Shown here: positions 25,597 to 38,381 of the stretch, one piece after another
Layout: every line of letters starts with the position of its first letter
How positions within the stretch are numbered: position 1 is the first letter of the stretch
Assembly: GCF_964355755.1 (NCBI RefSeq)
Contig: NC_092679.1
Span: 13,313,432-13,377,431 of the forward strand
Direction: 5' to 3'
DNA length: 64,000 bases
DNA from: Antedon mediterranea
Lineage: Eukaryota; Animalia; Echinodermata
Notes under the pieces: model-generated
What the model saw: only the letters and a program-made list of their open reading frames with translations
What the model was told of the DNA's origin: nothing
Databases searched by the model: none
Program-made: the position numbers and the translations under genes

Positions 25597-28500
25597 CAGG
25601 GTTCGTACACCTGTGAGCTAGTAAAATTCCAGGACATTTCAAGGACATTCAATGTCAACATTTTAAAATTTCAAGGACATTATTATACCTAAATATTAAG
25701 TTCAACAGATTAATAAAAAAAAAATGAATTCGTAGTTACGATGTTTTTCAGAAATTCAAGTACTAACTGTAGCCACTAAAAAAACATACAGTACTGAAAA
25801 CATAGGCGTGGGAAATCGAGTAAAATGACACGTAACGGTAGTAAAGCGTAAAGAGTTGTAACAACTCCCTGGTAAAGCCTTTGTGGAACCGCGCCAGACT
25901 TCCGCGCCTATCGAGGGTAGTCACGGCGTGTATTGAACAAAGGCTGATGTTTCCATAGTCACTGCACTGTCGACGATATTTGGTAATTTGATACTACTAT
26001 AGGATGACGTTCTACAATTCGTTCGGAATTCGGAGTTTAAATGCCGTTTCTGTATATCGTATGTTTTTTTTAGAAGGTATAAATAAAAGAAATCAAACCA
26101 TATTCTAATTCACTCTGAACTTTATTCAAAACGATCTTTACGATTTTTACATTGTTTATTTTTTACAACTTAGCAATTTCTGCTAATTTAATCTACACAA
26201 TAGCCTAGCTATTTTTGATTTCCTCTAATTTATGTCTAATGTCTTCCTCTAGTTGAGCTAATTGCTCTTTTTTTTCAGAAGCGGTTCTACGCAAGCTATT
26301 AGCTTTGGCAATGAGGGTAAGACTACCTTTACTTTCAGCTTGATCGGAAAACTTTGCAGACGATTTTTCTAAACCCATAATATCAGCAATACATCTTTTT
26401 TTGGCTTTCTTTAAGTTATCTAACTCATCGATCGTCGATTTTCTCTTAATAGCCTTTGAAGATTCTGCCGCTTTACGTTTTTCATTATCAAGATGGAGAT
26501 TATAGCATTGCCTAGCCCCACTCACAGAAGTAATTAATTGGGGCGTTATCTTTACAGACAAAACACCACCAACTGAAGCTATGTGACCGCATACAACGCG
26601 CTTCGAAACATATGTACTCTCTGACATATTGACAGCCGCTACCTCCTTGTTTACACTAAAACCTCTCTCAACAGTCGCCTGGCCATGGGAAAGCATTAGA
26701 ATCAATTTTACTACCCCCCAGAATGCGTGATACTTAGTGGTTTTGCTAAGGCGGTCATAGTAAAATTCGTCAATTCTACATTTAGGATCGTATTCAGTGA
26801 AATCTGATAAATTATTTAACACAACAAAATCATAGAATTCGTTTGCCTGATTAACAATTTCATCACACATGTCATGGTTGATTTTTTGGTTGTCTGCTAA
26901 TATTTTTAATACAGCCTTTAGTCTACCAACATTAAGAGATCGCGCATTACCACTTAAACAAAAATTTCTTGGATCGAGAAATTTCGCTTTTTGAACGATT
27001 CTGAAACCAAGTGGGCATTTAGATAGCACTTTCTTAACACTTGCACTCATTTTTAAACCTGAGTTCTTGTAACTCGGACACCTTCTTTTTCTTGATCAAC
27101 TCCTTTATATGCTCTGAAGCTAATATTCCACAGTCTACTTTGTTAGCAAGTAAATGGTTTTTCGTTTCATCTATATTAAAGTTAGTGAAACTTTGGCCAT
27201 TCACGAGCCCGGAAAGGACGTCTGGTTTAATGACCAATCTCAATAGCCCTCTCAAACATGCCACTAGATCTTTCTCAAGAAACGGTATCATTGGTTGATC
27301 TGTTTGATATTTTTTAAGAAACGTTTCCATTTGTGTGGCCACCATCACAAAAAAGTGCATTCTGGGCACCGTAAATAAGTCTACTGAAGCAGCCTTCAGA
27401 GTGTCATACGACTTTGTTTTTGGGTCATTTATTTTCTTTTCGGTCACCTGCTTGATGTACGTTTTAAGGTGCGGAAAAACACTGAGAAACCGCTTCGCAA
27501 CTGCAGCATTCTCCACCCATCTGTGTTTACAAAACTTAAGGCCAAACACATGTGTGCCAGTAGCGTTCTCAAAATCTTCCCGACGAGCAGGGGTGTCTTT
27601 GAACAGTATTTGTAAACTAGACAGTATGTCGTAGACCTTCCAATCAATTGACTGCACACCACTTTGAAACCCATTGTGCATTACATGAAGGCCACACGAC
27701 CCAATGTTGAGAACTGATGTATTGTAATTCGTCTTTATATCGGCAGAGAGAAGTTTATAAAACTTCCAATTGACGTTTGGACCATCCATACCGATTTGAA
27801 GTAATTTTGCGAGATTTAGTTTGTCTGCACATATCTTAAAATCGGTGACGACTTTCTCAGCAGTAGCATGACCCATGAATGTACTATCAAAGAATCTAGT
27901 TTCCACGTGGTTGTTAGCCCAAAATCGGACATGGATATCCATTTGCTTTAGTTGTGTACCTTTGTTTAGACTTTCATCAAATAGTAGAACGTAATCTGAC
28001 TCATCCGTAACACGTTTCAGAAGTAATGACCTAAAATGAACAAAACTTAGACTAAAAACATTTGTTTTTCATACTCACCAGGCTATTACTCAATACAGAA
28101 ATGCCTATTACAATTATTTATTTAATCTAAATTGTAGGCCTATATCAATCGATATCAAACAAAACTTACCTAAAATATGGCGCTAAATAATTAACAACAT
28201 AAGCAGACTTTTTTTCACCACAACTAAATTTTGCAGCTATTCCACTATCTGGAAACATCGCCTGGAATACTTCATTTATTTCATCCATCGACTTGTTCGA
28301 ATAGTGCCGGTTAGTCATGAATAAGGCCCACAATATTTCTGCTTTACGAATCTCCTCACTACTACTGAAATACTGCATCGTCGCCGGGCCACTTGGGTTC
28401 GTACGTTTCGGTATACTATTATCAACACTAGTTCCTGGTATGTCTTGTTGTTCAATAATACTGGTGATGGTACTATTAGATTTACTGGTGGATGTTGTTG

Positions 28501-29425
28501 GGTTGGACTTACTAAAAAATTGATTAACTTCTTGCGTCGTATTGTTAAACCTCAACTCCATTTGTTGTTTATGCTTTTTTCCGTTTTGATGAGATATTAA
28601 CGCCGACCGTCCCATGTTGGAGATATCTAATGTTTTTCTACATAGTTTACACTTTGCCTCCGTTTTTATTGACGCACGGTTAATCCACGGGGAAAATTTG
28701 CTATCAAAAAGCCAGGACTCTTGAAAAAAGCATGTACGCGGCATGTTGGATAGATTTCCACTGACGAGAAACGCACGATAAAAAACTCATCGGCAGCCAT
28801 ATAGAGACCGCTAATATACGCGCTTGCGGTGTGAGAGAGCCTCGCTGAGAGAGGTCACTATACTCGCATTCTATTTATAGCTTATCAGAGGCTATAAATA
28901 GAATGCGAGTATAGTCACTAATTAAAGTGTAATGCTAAAATGCTATGCATGTTTACAATATTACATTCGTTAAATTAATTTTTAAACAAAATCGGAACAC
29001 AAAAAGGGCCAAGTATTTATTTCAATAGTAATAGCTATTATGCAATAATGTACTGTGGGGGAACAAAAGAATAGTTGGGCAAAGTTTTTTCAAGGTGATT
29101 GTCATCTGAACATCACTGGCCAGTGGCGTTCTGCAGTCAACAACCAACCTGATAAGAAAGCCTATTTCATGTACGAGCATTTATCGGCGGCGGAAAAGTC
29201 GGCACGTACAAACGTTGTTATCTTCCATGTACTTTCATACTTAATACTTTTATTGTTCAGTGTTTTCAAAACTTTATTAAAAAGAATTCATATAACTTTA
29301 TTGTATTTTAACAATTTTCAGGACATTCAAGGACAAATGCCAATTTCAAGGACTTTCCAGTACTTGAAAAAAGAGATTTATTTTTCCATGACTTTCAAGG
29401 AATTTAAGGACGCGTACGAACCCTG
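25597..29425 (-). mobile_element. hAT-superfamily transposon, near full length, 6-bp TSD
   Basis: TIR CAGGGTTCGTAC; TATTTT on both flanks; subterminal TTCAAGGAC repeats; encodes a transposase. Confidence 0.92.
26205..28744 (-). pseudogene. hAT transposase (exons 28744-28170 and 28030-26205) with one frameshift near 27045
   Basis: BED-like finger CKLC...HQNGKKH; catalytic FDES, MDGPNVN, SCGLH and ERGFS; in-phase gtaagt/ttag intron; frame change at ECK|..VKK. Confidence 0.88.
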
Positions 29426-32288
29426 TATTTTATTAATAATGTAAATTTCAAATTTGTTTTTATTGGGAATGTGACAATGACATACTCATACATTGAAGTA
29501 GAAATTAAAGGAAAAAGAAGATTCAATCCAAATAGCTATTCAAATATTTACCATCGACCTTCCAACAACTTTGGATGTCTTCAATTATCAGAAGACTGTT
29601 AATGTTATGGGAATCTGTAATTTAGCGCCTTTCACACCTGCTCCGTTCCAGCAAATAAATTTGCATATATTTTGCTTTCTCTATTATTCCATGTGACTAT
29701 TGTAGTGTATGCGCCAATATTTTTACTCCATATTCGCGTACCCGTGTCGTAAAAACATAAGTCACTAATGCTGAATGCACAATCTGACACATGTAACGTC
29801 TTCTTATTGGTCACTAGTTGTTATTGAATTTTTACGACTCATAAGAATTTACATAATGAAACTGAAACATTATGAATAAAATTATGCGCATGCATATGTG
29901 TTATTAATGATTTTATTTGGTTCCAAAAAACTAAACTGTAATTGTCTTGCAGATCTAAACACCACTATAAACCAAAAGAACCAACATCTTGCAGTTCTGG
30001 CAAATACAATGCAAAAGTTACAGTAGAGCATTACATTCAATTCAGCTCACTTAAAATTACAATTTCTCTGGGCTGCCCCTTTAAAAAATCTGCAACTGCG
30101 TCACTAAACTTCAAGAAACCTCAACAAATTGTTAATTTCATAAATTCATTCAATACCATTATGGAAGAAAATGTAATGTTTTGTGTAAAACACAGCTATT
30201 CAGTTTATGTCTGCTATGGGACTACTGGTTGAAGTAATAACAAATTGACTAACAAATTAGGCCAGAAATATCATATCACAATACCAAATTATGTAAAATT
30301 AAATCATTTTGATTATTAAATAGCTCTTTTTGATATGTTTAAATTAGGTCTAGAAACTACAATAGGCTTTTGAAAATGGTTAATAAATCAAGGTCAGCTT
30401 AAATTGACAATGCATTCATAGTGTTCAATACAATTGAATTATCATTTGCAGAATTTCCTTCTCAAGAATCCAGGGACTATTAGTTACACGGTATCGATAG
30501 TAGTACCTAGATTGAGATTGTACCGATTATTAAACAAAGTAGTATTAACTATTATATAATAACAATTTATGCACAACAAATATAATTTAAACCTACATTT
30601 TTACCTAATTCTGTGATCATAATACCAATATTTATTACACATACAGTAGTGTTGGTAAGCTACAGTACAGTATGTACAGTAAGCAAGCATGCTATTTTGA
30701 AGTAAAATGTACTGTATACAGTACTACAATAATACAAATTCAAAGCGTCTATTCTTATACACTAATATGTTTACCTCAATGCACAAAGAGCTAATATTTT
30801 TTCTTCAGCTATAAAACAATTGCACAATTACCAATAATAATGATTACATTCAAACTTCCCACACATTCTATTAGTAATGTATTATTCCTACAAGTACCCT
30901 TTCCTACAGTGCACTGCAAACATACTGTAGTTTTAATACTGTAGAGAAACAGTACAATTTTAAACCTTCTGAATACCAATTTGGAACAAAACTATGTTGC
31001 CTATTTCAGATGATCTAGGTACGTGCAGTAATAAGACTCAAAACTCCACATCATATTTTACCTTCCTGTATGCAACAGACACTATGTTTTATACCATTAG
31101 AATACTAGAGTACTTGAGTTATAGTTTGATTTAATGCAACATGTCATGACGATTTTATTTTATTTTATTATTCAATTTCGGCATGAAAACAAAGACCATA
31201 CATACAGTAGAAAGGGTAGAATGATTTTAACATACGGTACTGTAGCAGCGTTTACTGAAACACAACTTGTGTGTGTGTACTCATGGAAGTACCTCCATGG
31301 TGTACTGTACAGGTACAATAGGCTATCTGCAATACATGCCTCCATTTAATAAGTTGTTAAGCTTGGTGCCCAACTATTGTATGAGGGACGTACTGTAGCA
31401 CAAACATGTATGATCTACATGTGATTAGTCATCAAATTATTTGCATACACCTACTGTAGAGCCAAGCTCCCTTCTCAATTTAGTTTTAAAAGTATAGATT
31501 TTTATTCATGTGAGTAGGTACAGTAGCTATACAGCATCCACATACTGTTGTCAGTAGCCAACCAGACTTAAAGTCTGTATTCCATTACAGTAGGTTGCGC
31601 AAATCGAAAGCATTAGCTTATACACATGCATAAATATCTTTCCATCTTCCTAATCCTTTTCTGCAATAAATTCTCTAGTTATTTAAGTTTTTCGCTTCCA
31701 CGAAATTGGTAGTTTCTACATTTTGCGAAAAATTACGCAAGCAATCAGAGCCCAGGAAATAAGTAATGACGTTCATGAGCACTAATGTAAATAAAAAAAC
31801 TTGCCACATGCGCGTTATAAATTAAATTCGCAGCTATCGCACTTGTACAGTAAAGTAGTGTTGTTGTACAGTACAGTTTTTAGTAGTGCAAATTTTGTTC
31901 TCTGCGAAACATTGGGATTTGTGCGAATAAATTTGCTTAGTTAAAAAAGGCCTTCAAAGGAAGGTACAGTATAGCCCCGATTAAATAGAAATGGGAAAAA
32001 TATGCTGATCAAAATATCAAATAATGTTACATTCATTCGCAATGCATGATAGTGATTATTACAATAGGGTGCAACAATCTTTATTATTCCTAATCAACCT
32101 GGAATCAGATCATCAATCACGTTATACATGTTTCATGTGATTGGCTGTGATCTGTGAAAAATTAAGATGTGCTCCTGTACGGTATGTATCTGAAAATAAA
32201 CTGTGGTTAAGGTACAGCAGTATTAATACATTTATTTGTCATTAATTTTAATGTTTATAATTCTTATCTTAAATACAAAATTACATAC

Positions 32289-32375
32289 CTTCTTTAGGCC
32301 ATCTACAAATTGTCCTTTCCATTTACTTGGAGCCTGTACAAGATTTTCACTCTCTGGCTCGATTGCGGTTGCCAT
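32289..32375 (-). CDS. SOS: Son of sevenless first coding exon
   Basis: ATG...MATAIEPESENLVQAPSKWKGQFVDGLKK|gtatgt; resembles SOS1 KWRGLLVPALKK and is in phase 0 with exon 2. Confidence 0.85.
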
Positions 32376-35280
32376 TATGACATTTCGTTATAATATCCAC
32401 GAACAAGGCAATGCTCAAAATAGCAAAATATTCTTTTACACAATCATTATCGTAATCTCCAGACTTTAGCTCTTAAGTTCCTCAACCCTGGAATAATTGG
32501 ATTAGGTTCCATACAGTTTGTACAATTCAGCCAAAACAATGACGCTGCATTTAGTAGGCCTAGTAGAAATGGCAAAAATGACACCTCCTTGGAATCATTT
32601 ACATGATGGTGCAATGTTTGTATTCCTTTTTATTTTATGACAATCAAAAATATTGACAATGACTTAACATTAACAATACAACAATCAATGATTAAAAAGT
32701 GTCAAATAAATGCACTTTCAGTTAAATATGCAACTTTTCTTGACACATCAAGTACAACTTTAAATAAAGGTTATCTCCAGAATTACATTATAGTGCAGAC
32801 ATTAGTTAGGCCTAGGCTAGGCCCAAAAACTCGGACCTTCCTCTATGTACACCCACTATTACACCACCACCAGGATACGAGAGAGATGATGCCAGTGAGT
32901 GGCGTTTGCCAGGTTCTTCGCAGCAGCAGCGAGATAGATAAATGAGATCACCATTGAACTCTATTGAAACGATTTAATAGTTGGACAACGCCAGAATAAC
33001 TAATATTTAAGTGTCAAAATACATATCTGTGTTAGAATGTTGCAATAATCAATTTAAATTCCACAGGCCTACACTCTCATACACTGCGTAGAGGGAGAAA
33101 TTGAGGAAGCAGCAAGATGGAGTACAGTACTATCCCATGATGCAACGGAAAAGAGGGCGTATAAAAATTGTTTTTCCCTTGTTTTTTATACACATTCCAA
33201 TGATAACAGGTTACCTTTTGAAACATGAATAATATCATTATCTTTATAAATTAGCATTTTTTCCTTTTAAAACATTTAAATTTTTCAGGCCTGGATCTTC
33301 TAACTCATGTTGGCTAATTAGGCCTATAATTCAATAATTAACATGGAGTTACTCTTTTAAAATTGTAATTTAAATCCGTACTGTGCACATGATATTATTT
33401 CAAGAGAAGTGTTAACTTTATATATAACAATTTTAACATGTAATTATTAAAATATTTAAAATACAATAACAAAAACAAAGTAACTGTTTAGGCATATATG
33501 CCTACATCTCAGCAATTTCCAATCTTTTCTAAACGTGAGATAATTGTGTATGACGTTTGGCCATAGCGTAACGGGATTTGTCCGAGTCCCTTCTCTCTCT
33601 CCACTGTAGGCTTAAGTTTTGATTGTTGTCTCAGGTTTCACTTACCTTTATTTCATATTTTTCTTACATACTCATTTTGAATAAATAAATATTTGCAATC
33701 AATCAGTTCTTATTTCTTTTATTTTGCTTTTGCATACAGTAGTCTATATAATAGACCTTCATTATTTATTTTTTTTAACTGGTGGTCACGACTTAAAGTT
33801 GTCCGCAACTTATTTTGACCTCCATCCGCACATTTTTTATGTTTTTCTTGTTTATTGTAATTTTCTTTTTGCAATTTGTAATTTTTATCTTTTATTTTAA
33901 AATGTGTGGAGAAACTAATAAAACAAACAAACAAACAAATAAACACCAGCAAACAAGTTCTGAACTTCCCGGGTGATATTATTATGAAAATTATTATAAT
34001 AATAATTCTATAGGGGCCTATAGGCCTAAACACCACACGCACGTACAAAACAAATTCTAAACCACCCGGTGATAACAAATATATATTTCTTTTTAAAGGT
34101 TCCATTTGTCTTACAGATGTAGATCAATAGGCCTAAATATAAATTAAATACAATTATCATTAAAAAAAAATTTTTTATTGGAAACCAACAACTAGCTTTT
34201 TACACCATTAGTTGTACATTGTATTTATTAACTTTTTTTTATGTTTGCACTATTTTAGTTTATTTGCATATCATCTTCACATTTTAAAAAATAAATAAAA
34301 TTATTAAATTAAATTAATTAAATCAGCATTAATAAAATACATTCATAGAATGTATAAGAATACTCTTATTCGCGCCGCGGCTTTAGCAGCTATTTCCCAG
34401 AGGACATAAGCATTCAGAAACAGTTACCATATACGCGAAGCTTTTACTCTACAGCCGACAGAAATGAGAATGTTTATTAAACTCGACTCATCACACTTAC
34501 AATTGTTTTAACCTTTTCTTTTATCTTTCTTAAATAAATAACAATAAGAAGATAATACATTTGATCATTGTCGTAAAAAACTACTTAATATACTTTACTG
34601 TTACTTAGCTAATAATAAGTTTAGGCTACCGTAGGCCTTTTATTATGCTCGAACAATGTAGGCCCTACTTAGCTATCCGGAATGATATCATGATTTTCCA
34701 TTATAATCAGTTGTAATTAAAACACTATACATTTTATACATATGTTGTCTATTACGACAATCGTTTCATTTTAGAATCAAAATTACAGATGGTGGTACGT
34801 ATAAACGACTGGATCATGAATGACGCATCAATCGAGCCAATACGCTTTGCTCCATTTTCATACTTCATAATTGAGTATGATCATGGAGGCATGAAATTAT
34901 TCTAAATTTACAATTTATGGACTTTCCACGATAGACAGTTAGGCCTTAAAATAGAATGCGGATATTTTAGAGTCAACGCCTATGCTATCCGCATTAAATA
35001 ATATCTTGTGTCTATTTGCTTTTACTATACGGACCAGTTTTCAGGAACCAAATTAGTACGACTACATATCATTTGAGTTCTCTACACGGTAAGATTATTT
35101 ATGACATGAGTTTATAAGTCAACAAATATCAAGGTATTTCACTGAAGACTTTGAAGATATGTAATGTTTAAAATGTAATTATATTTAATCAACCAGTCGA
35201 TCAGGATTACGACGTTCCGATGTTAACGGGAATATATACAAATTCATTGGCACTCTCGTCACGAAGACAACATTCTCTTT

Positions 35281-35350
35281 CTTATCCAATCAGCATGCTG
35301 ACTGGATTCTTTCACAAACGAAACTTCCTTCCGCCAATCGTATAAAAGCC
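35281..35350 (+). promoter_or_regulatory. Candidate core promoter of the IFIT-like gene
   Basis: CCAAT (35286, 35334), AAACGAAACT IRF-like site overlapping ACTTCC ETS core (35316-35328), TATAAAA (35341). Confidence 0.45.
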
Positions 35351-35844
35351 TACTTGTTCCGAAAGCGACATTTGACAAACTCGCAATCCTGTTTATCTTG
35401 AAAAAAAATGAGTTAGGCCTAGGTCGTCAAGATAATAATCAAAGTCAAATCTCAAAATGTTCAAATTGGTCCGATCGAGCTGAAACTTGGAGAAAACAAT
35501 CTTGAGGACAGGGTGAGTATAAATCCGATATCAAGGAGAACACCATAAAAGGTCATGCGATGTACAGATAAAGGTAACATTTCAAAATTGCTCCGATTGA
35601 GCTGAAACTCTTGATCAATAGTATAATTCATGGAGTGTTGAAAGTGTAGGGTCTATTGAATATAAGTATCTCTAGTTCTTTTTCTTTATTTATATTTTCT
35701 ACATGGCATGGTAGGCTAGTTCATTAACATAGAATATATCATCCTTTGACTTTACATTTACATGAAAACAAATGTATGCGATTCCACTGTTACTTATTAT
35801 TTGTGTTTCTCTCTGCAGTGTGGCCGCCTTATCATCGAAAAACC

Positions 35845-37953
35845 ATGGCACAGTTAGAGATTGAGCTGCGTGAATTTCCATGCCATTTCATTTGGAAGCT
35901 TGAACAAAAATCTATAAAGCAATTTCGATCATTGATGGATTCGATTAATGACTATATCAACGAGTGTCCTGCTATGAAAATTGAGAGTTTACTGTTCAAA
36001 TGTTATATTTTCTATTCAGATTTTAAAGGAAATATAGACAAAAATAAAACTGATGCAATAACGTGCATTAATGAAGTGCGTAGAATTTTGCAAGATGATT
36101 TAAGTGAACAACCTTTTAAAGATGGATACTTGGCAATAGCCCTTGCTATCGAAGCTTGGCTCAACCGTCACAACAGAACAAAACTGGCCTCCAATATCAC
36201 AGAACTGCGAAGACTTGACTCAAAATATGAAATCGACTCGAGTGAGCGTAATAAGTTTACAGCAAGTATATGTTCAACAAAAGGATTTGCCCTGTCACGT
36301 GTAGGTATGATTCGATATCCTGATAGTATTAAAGAGCTTAAGAAAGCAGTAGACTTGTGCCCAGAGGTTGTCGATTGGCAGTTTTGCCTTGGTAAAATGA
36401 TATGGAGAATCGGTAAAGCATCTTCTAGGCGACATGTAACAAATAAGGACATTTTAGAAGCCGATCGCATTTTTCATAAGGTTGTAAGTGAGGATCGAAA
36501 TAATAGCTACGCACTTGCCATAATGGGAGAAATAAAGCGAAGGAGGGGTGCAATTGAGGATGCAGAAACCCTATTAAAGCGCGCTCTCGGAGATCCCATG
36601 CAAACCAACACAAAAGTTCTTGGTGAGGTGGCACAGTGTTACCGAAGAATGAAAAAGCATTCCAAATCATTGGAAGTTTTACACGTCGCTGTTAAACGAA
36701 AACCAACTTCTTTCATATTTCACCAACTCCATTGTGTGTACAGAGATATGCGCCAACAACAACCACCCGAAGATTATCTTCAAAAGGCAATTGATATGAA
36801 TCCATCTAATATGGGTGCTCAGTGTGATCGCGCTAAACAATTTTTTTCGAGAAATGAGTATGACAAAGGACGAGCATACTATGAATGGATACTAGATAAT
36901 AACCAAAATGACCCTGAAATAACAATTGAAACCACTTACATGTATGGAATGTCTCTAGGTAACATTCAACATTTTGAAGATTCAGTTGAGAAATTTGTAA
37001 TGGTTGTAGATAAAGCTCTTGAACTAAAATTGGACGATGATCCACCTCTTTTCCCTCATGAAATTAAATGGATGGTAGATGTAGCTGCCGAGCGAGTCAG
37101 AACATTTTATAAACGTAACCTAAATGAAAAGGAATCTCTTTTAAAGTTGGCAGAGTTAGAGATAAAACTTGGCAATTCAAAAGAAGCCTGTGAACACTAT
37201 AGACATCTTTTGATAATACTAACACAAGATAATGAAGATACGAGTGATCTTGAATGGAAATGTCTTGAATACTTAGCCGAAATAAGCACTAAACATAGGA
37301 AGATGGATGACGTCGATACCATCGTGAATAAAATGGAAGAGCTGAATCTTTCGAATTCAAAACCTGAAATACTGGATAAGTGCAAGGAAGCACTAGCGCT
37401 TGAGAGAGGCAGGGTTGCTTTAGCTGATGGTAGAAACAGTGATGCTCATAAACTGCTTATTGAATCGGTAGAATTTGGTAATATAACAGGAGCAAAAATT
37501 CTTCTTGGTGAAGTCAAAGAGATGGACAGAGGAAACAGAATCTTCTACATAAGTTGTGCCCACATTGATATTTGTACTGATCGAAGTCAAGATAACAACA
37601 ATGAATTAAGAGCTGATCTTGAGTCAGTGCTTTCAGATGATACTTCAACAGTAGGAATTGCTTTGAAAGACTTACGAGACACACAATATAGAATGGAGCG
37701 TAATATTCTGCAAAAAAGTTCACAAGTTGCAACATTAACGAAAGACGTAATTCACAAATGCCGAACTATTCTTAATGAGACAATGGTGACATTTAAAAAT
37801 CGCCACTATTCAAACAAAAAGACATCTTGTGACTACCAGAACCTATATGATTGTCCTTCAGAGGATGTAGAAGCCAACCTAAAATAAAAAATTGAGAATA
37901 ATTGGCCCAACTTCGACAACCAATTTCCAGATTTATTTAGTTTCCTAGTTTCT
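35845..37953 (+). CDS. IFIT-like TPR protein, main coding exon (in-frame TAA at 37885-37887)
   Basis: ctctgcag acceptor ending 35818, Kozak-like accATGg; LREFPCHFIWKL (IFIT CHFTW motif); TPR segments GFALSRVG..Y and AQCYRR..KSLEVL..A.K.KPTS.IFHQ; frame continues past TAA to a gtaagt donor at 37954. Confidence 0.85.
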
Positions 37954-38156
37954 GTAAGTAAAAATGTTAAACATTATTTTAGGCTATAGTACAATATAAC
38001 CGACAATACATCGGCAATACATAATTTTTCTTTTTTATTACGTACAAGACTCGACAGACGCACATTTGTAATCAATAACAATTACTGTATACGGATAAAA
38101 AGCCTGTACAATGTAATATCCAAATATTATTTTATGAAGTTATTATTTTTTTACAG

Positions 38157-38381
38157 ATACAACCAGCTTCAAATCCCAACGCCAATAATTGGATGTTCGC
38201 TTTGATTGTCATGGATAACAAACGTAAACATGGAACACAATTTGGCGATGAACTAAATGTAAAGGTTTATTCTGATACGTTAGGTAATATGTCAAAACAG
38301 GAGTTTACTACTCTATATGTGGCAAGAGAAGCGTGTGACAAGATTCTAGATATATTGGAGAACTTTTATAAATATTTGTAA
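38157..38381 (+). CDS. IFIT-like gene terminal exon, putative HEPN catalytic segment
   Basis: ttttacag acceptor, phase 0; IQPASNPNANNWMFALIVMDNKRKH...ENFYKYL*. Confidence 0.75.
   Translation: MQPASNPNANNWMFALIVMDNKRKHGTQFGDELNVKVYSDTLGNMSKQEFTTLYVAREACDKILDILENFYKYL

Noticed and set aside
27041-28523. Plus-strand ORFs within the hAT element
   Set aside because: Antisense shadows of the transposase frame.
35746-35844. ORF-track N-terminal extension resembling a signal peptide
   Set aside because: Mostly the intron polypyrimidine tract and acceptor; the likely start is the ATG at 35845.
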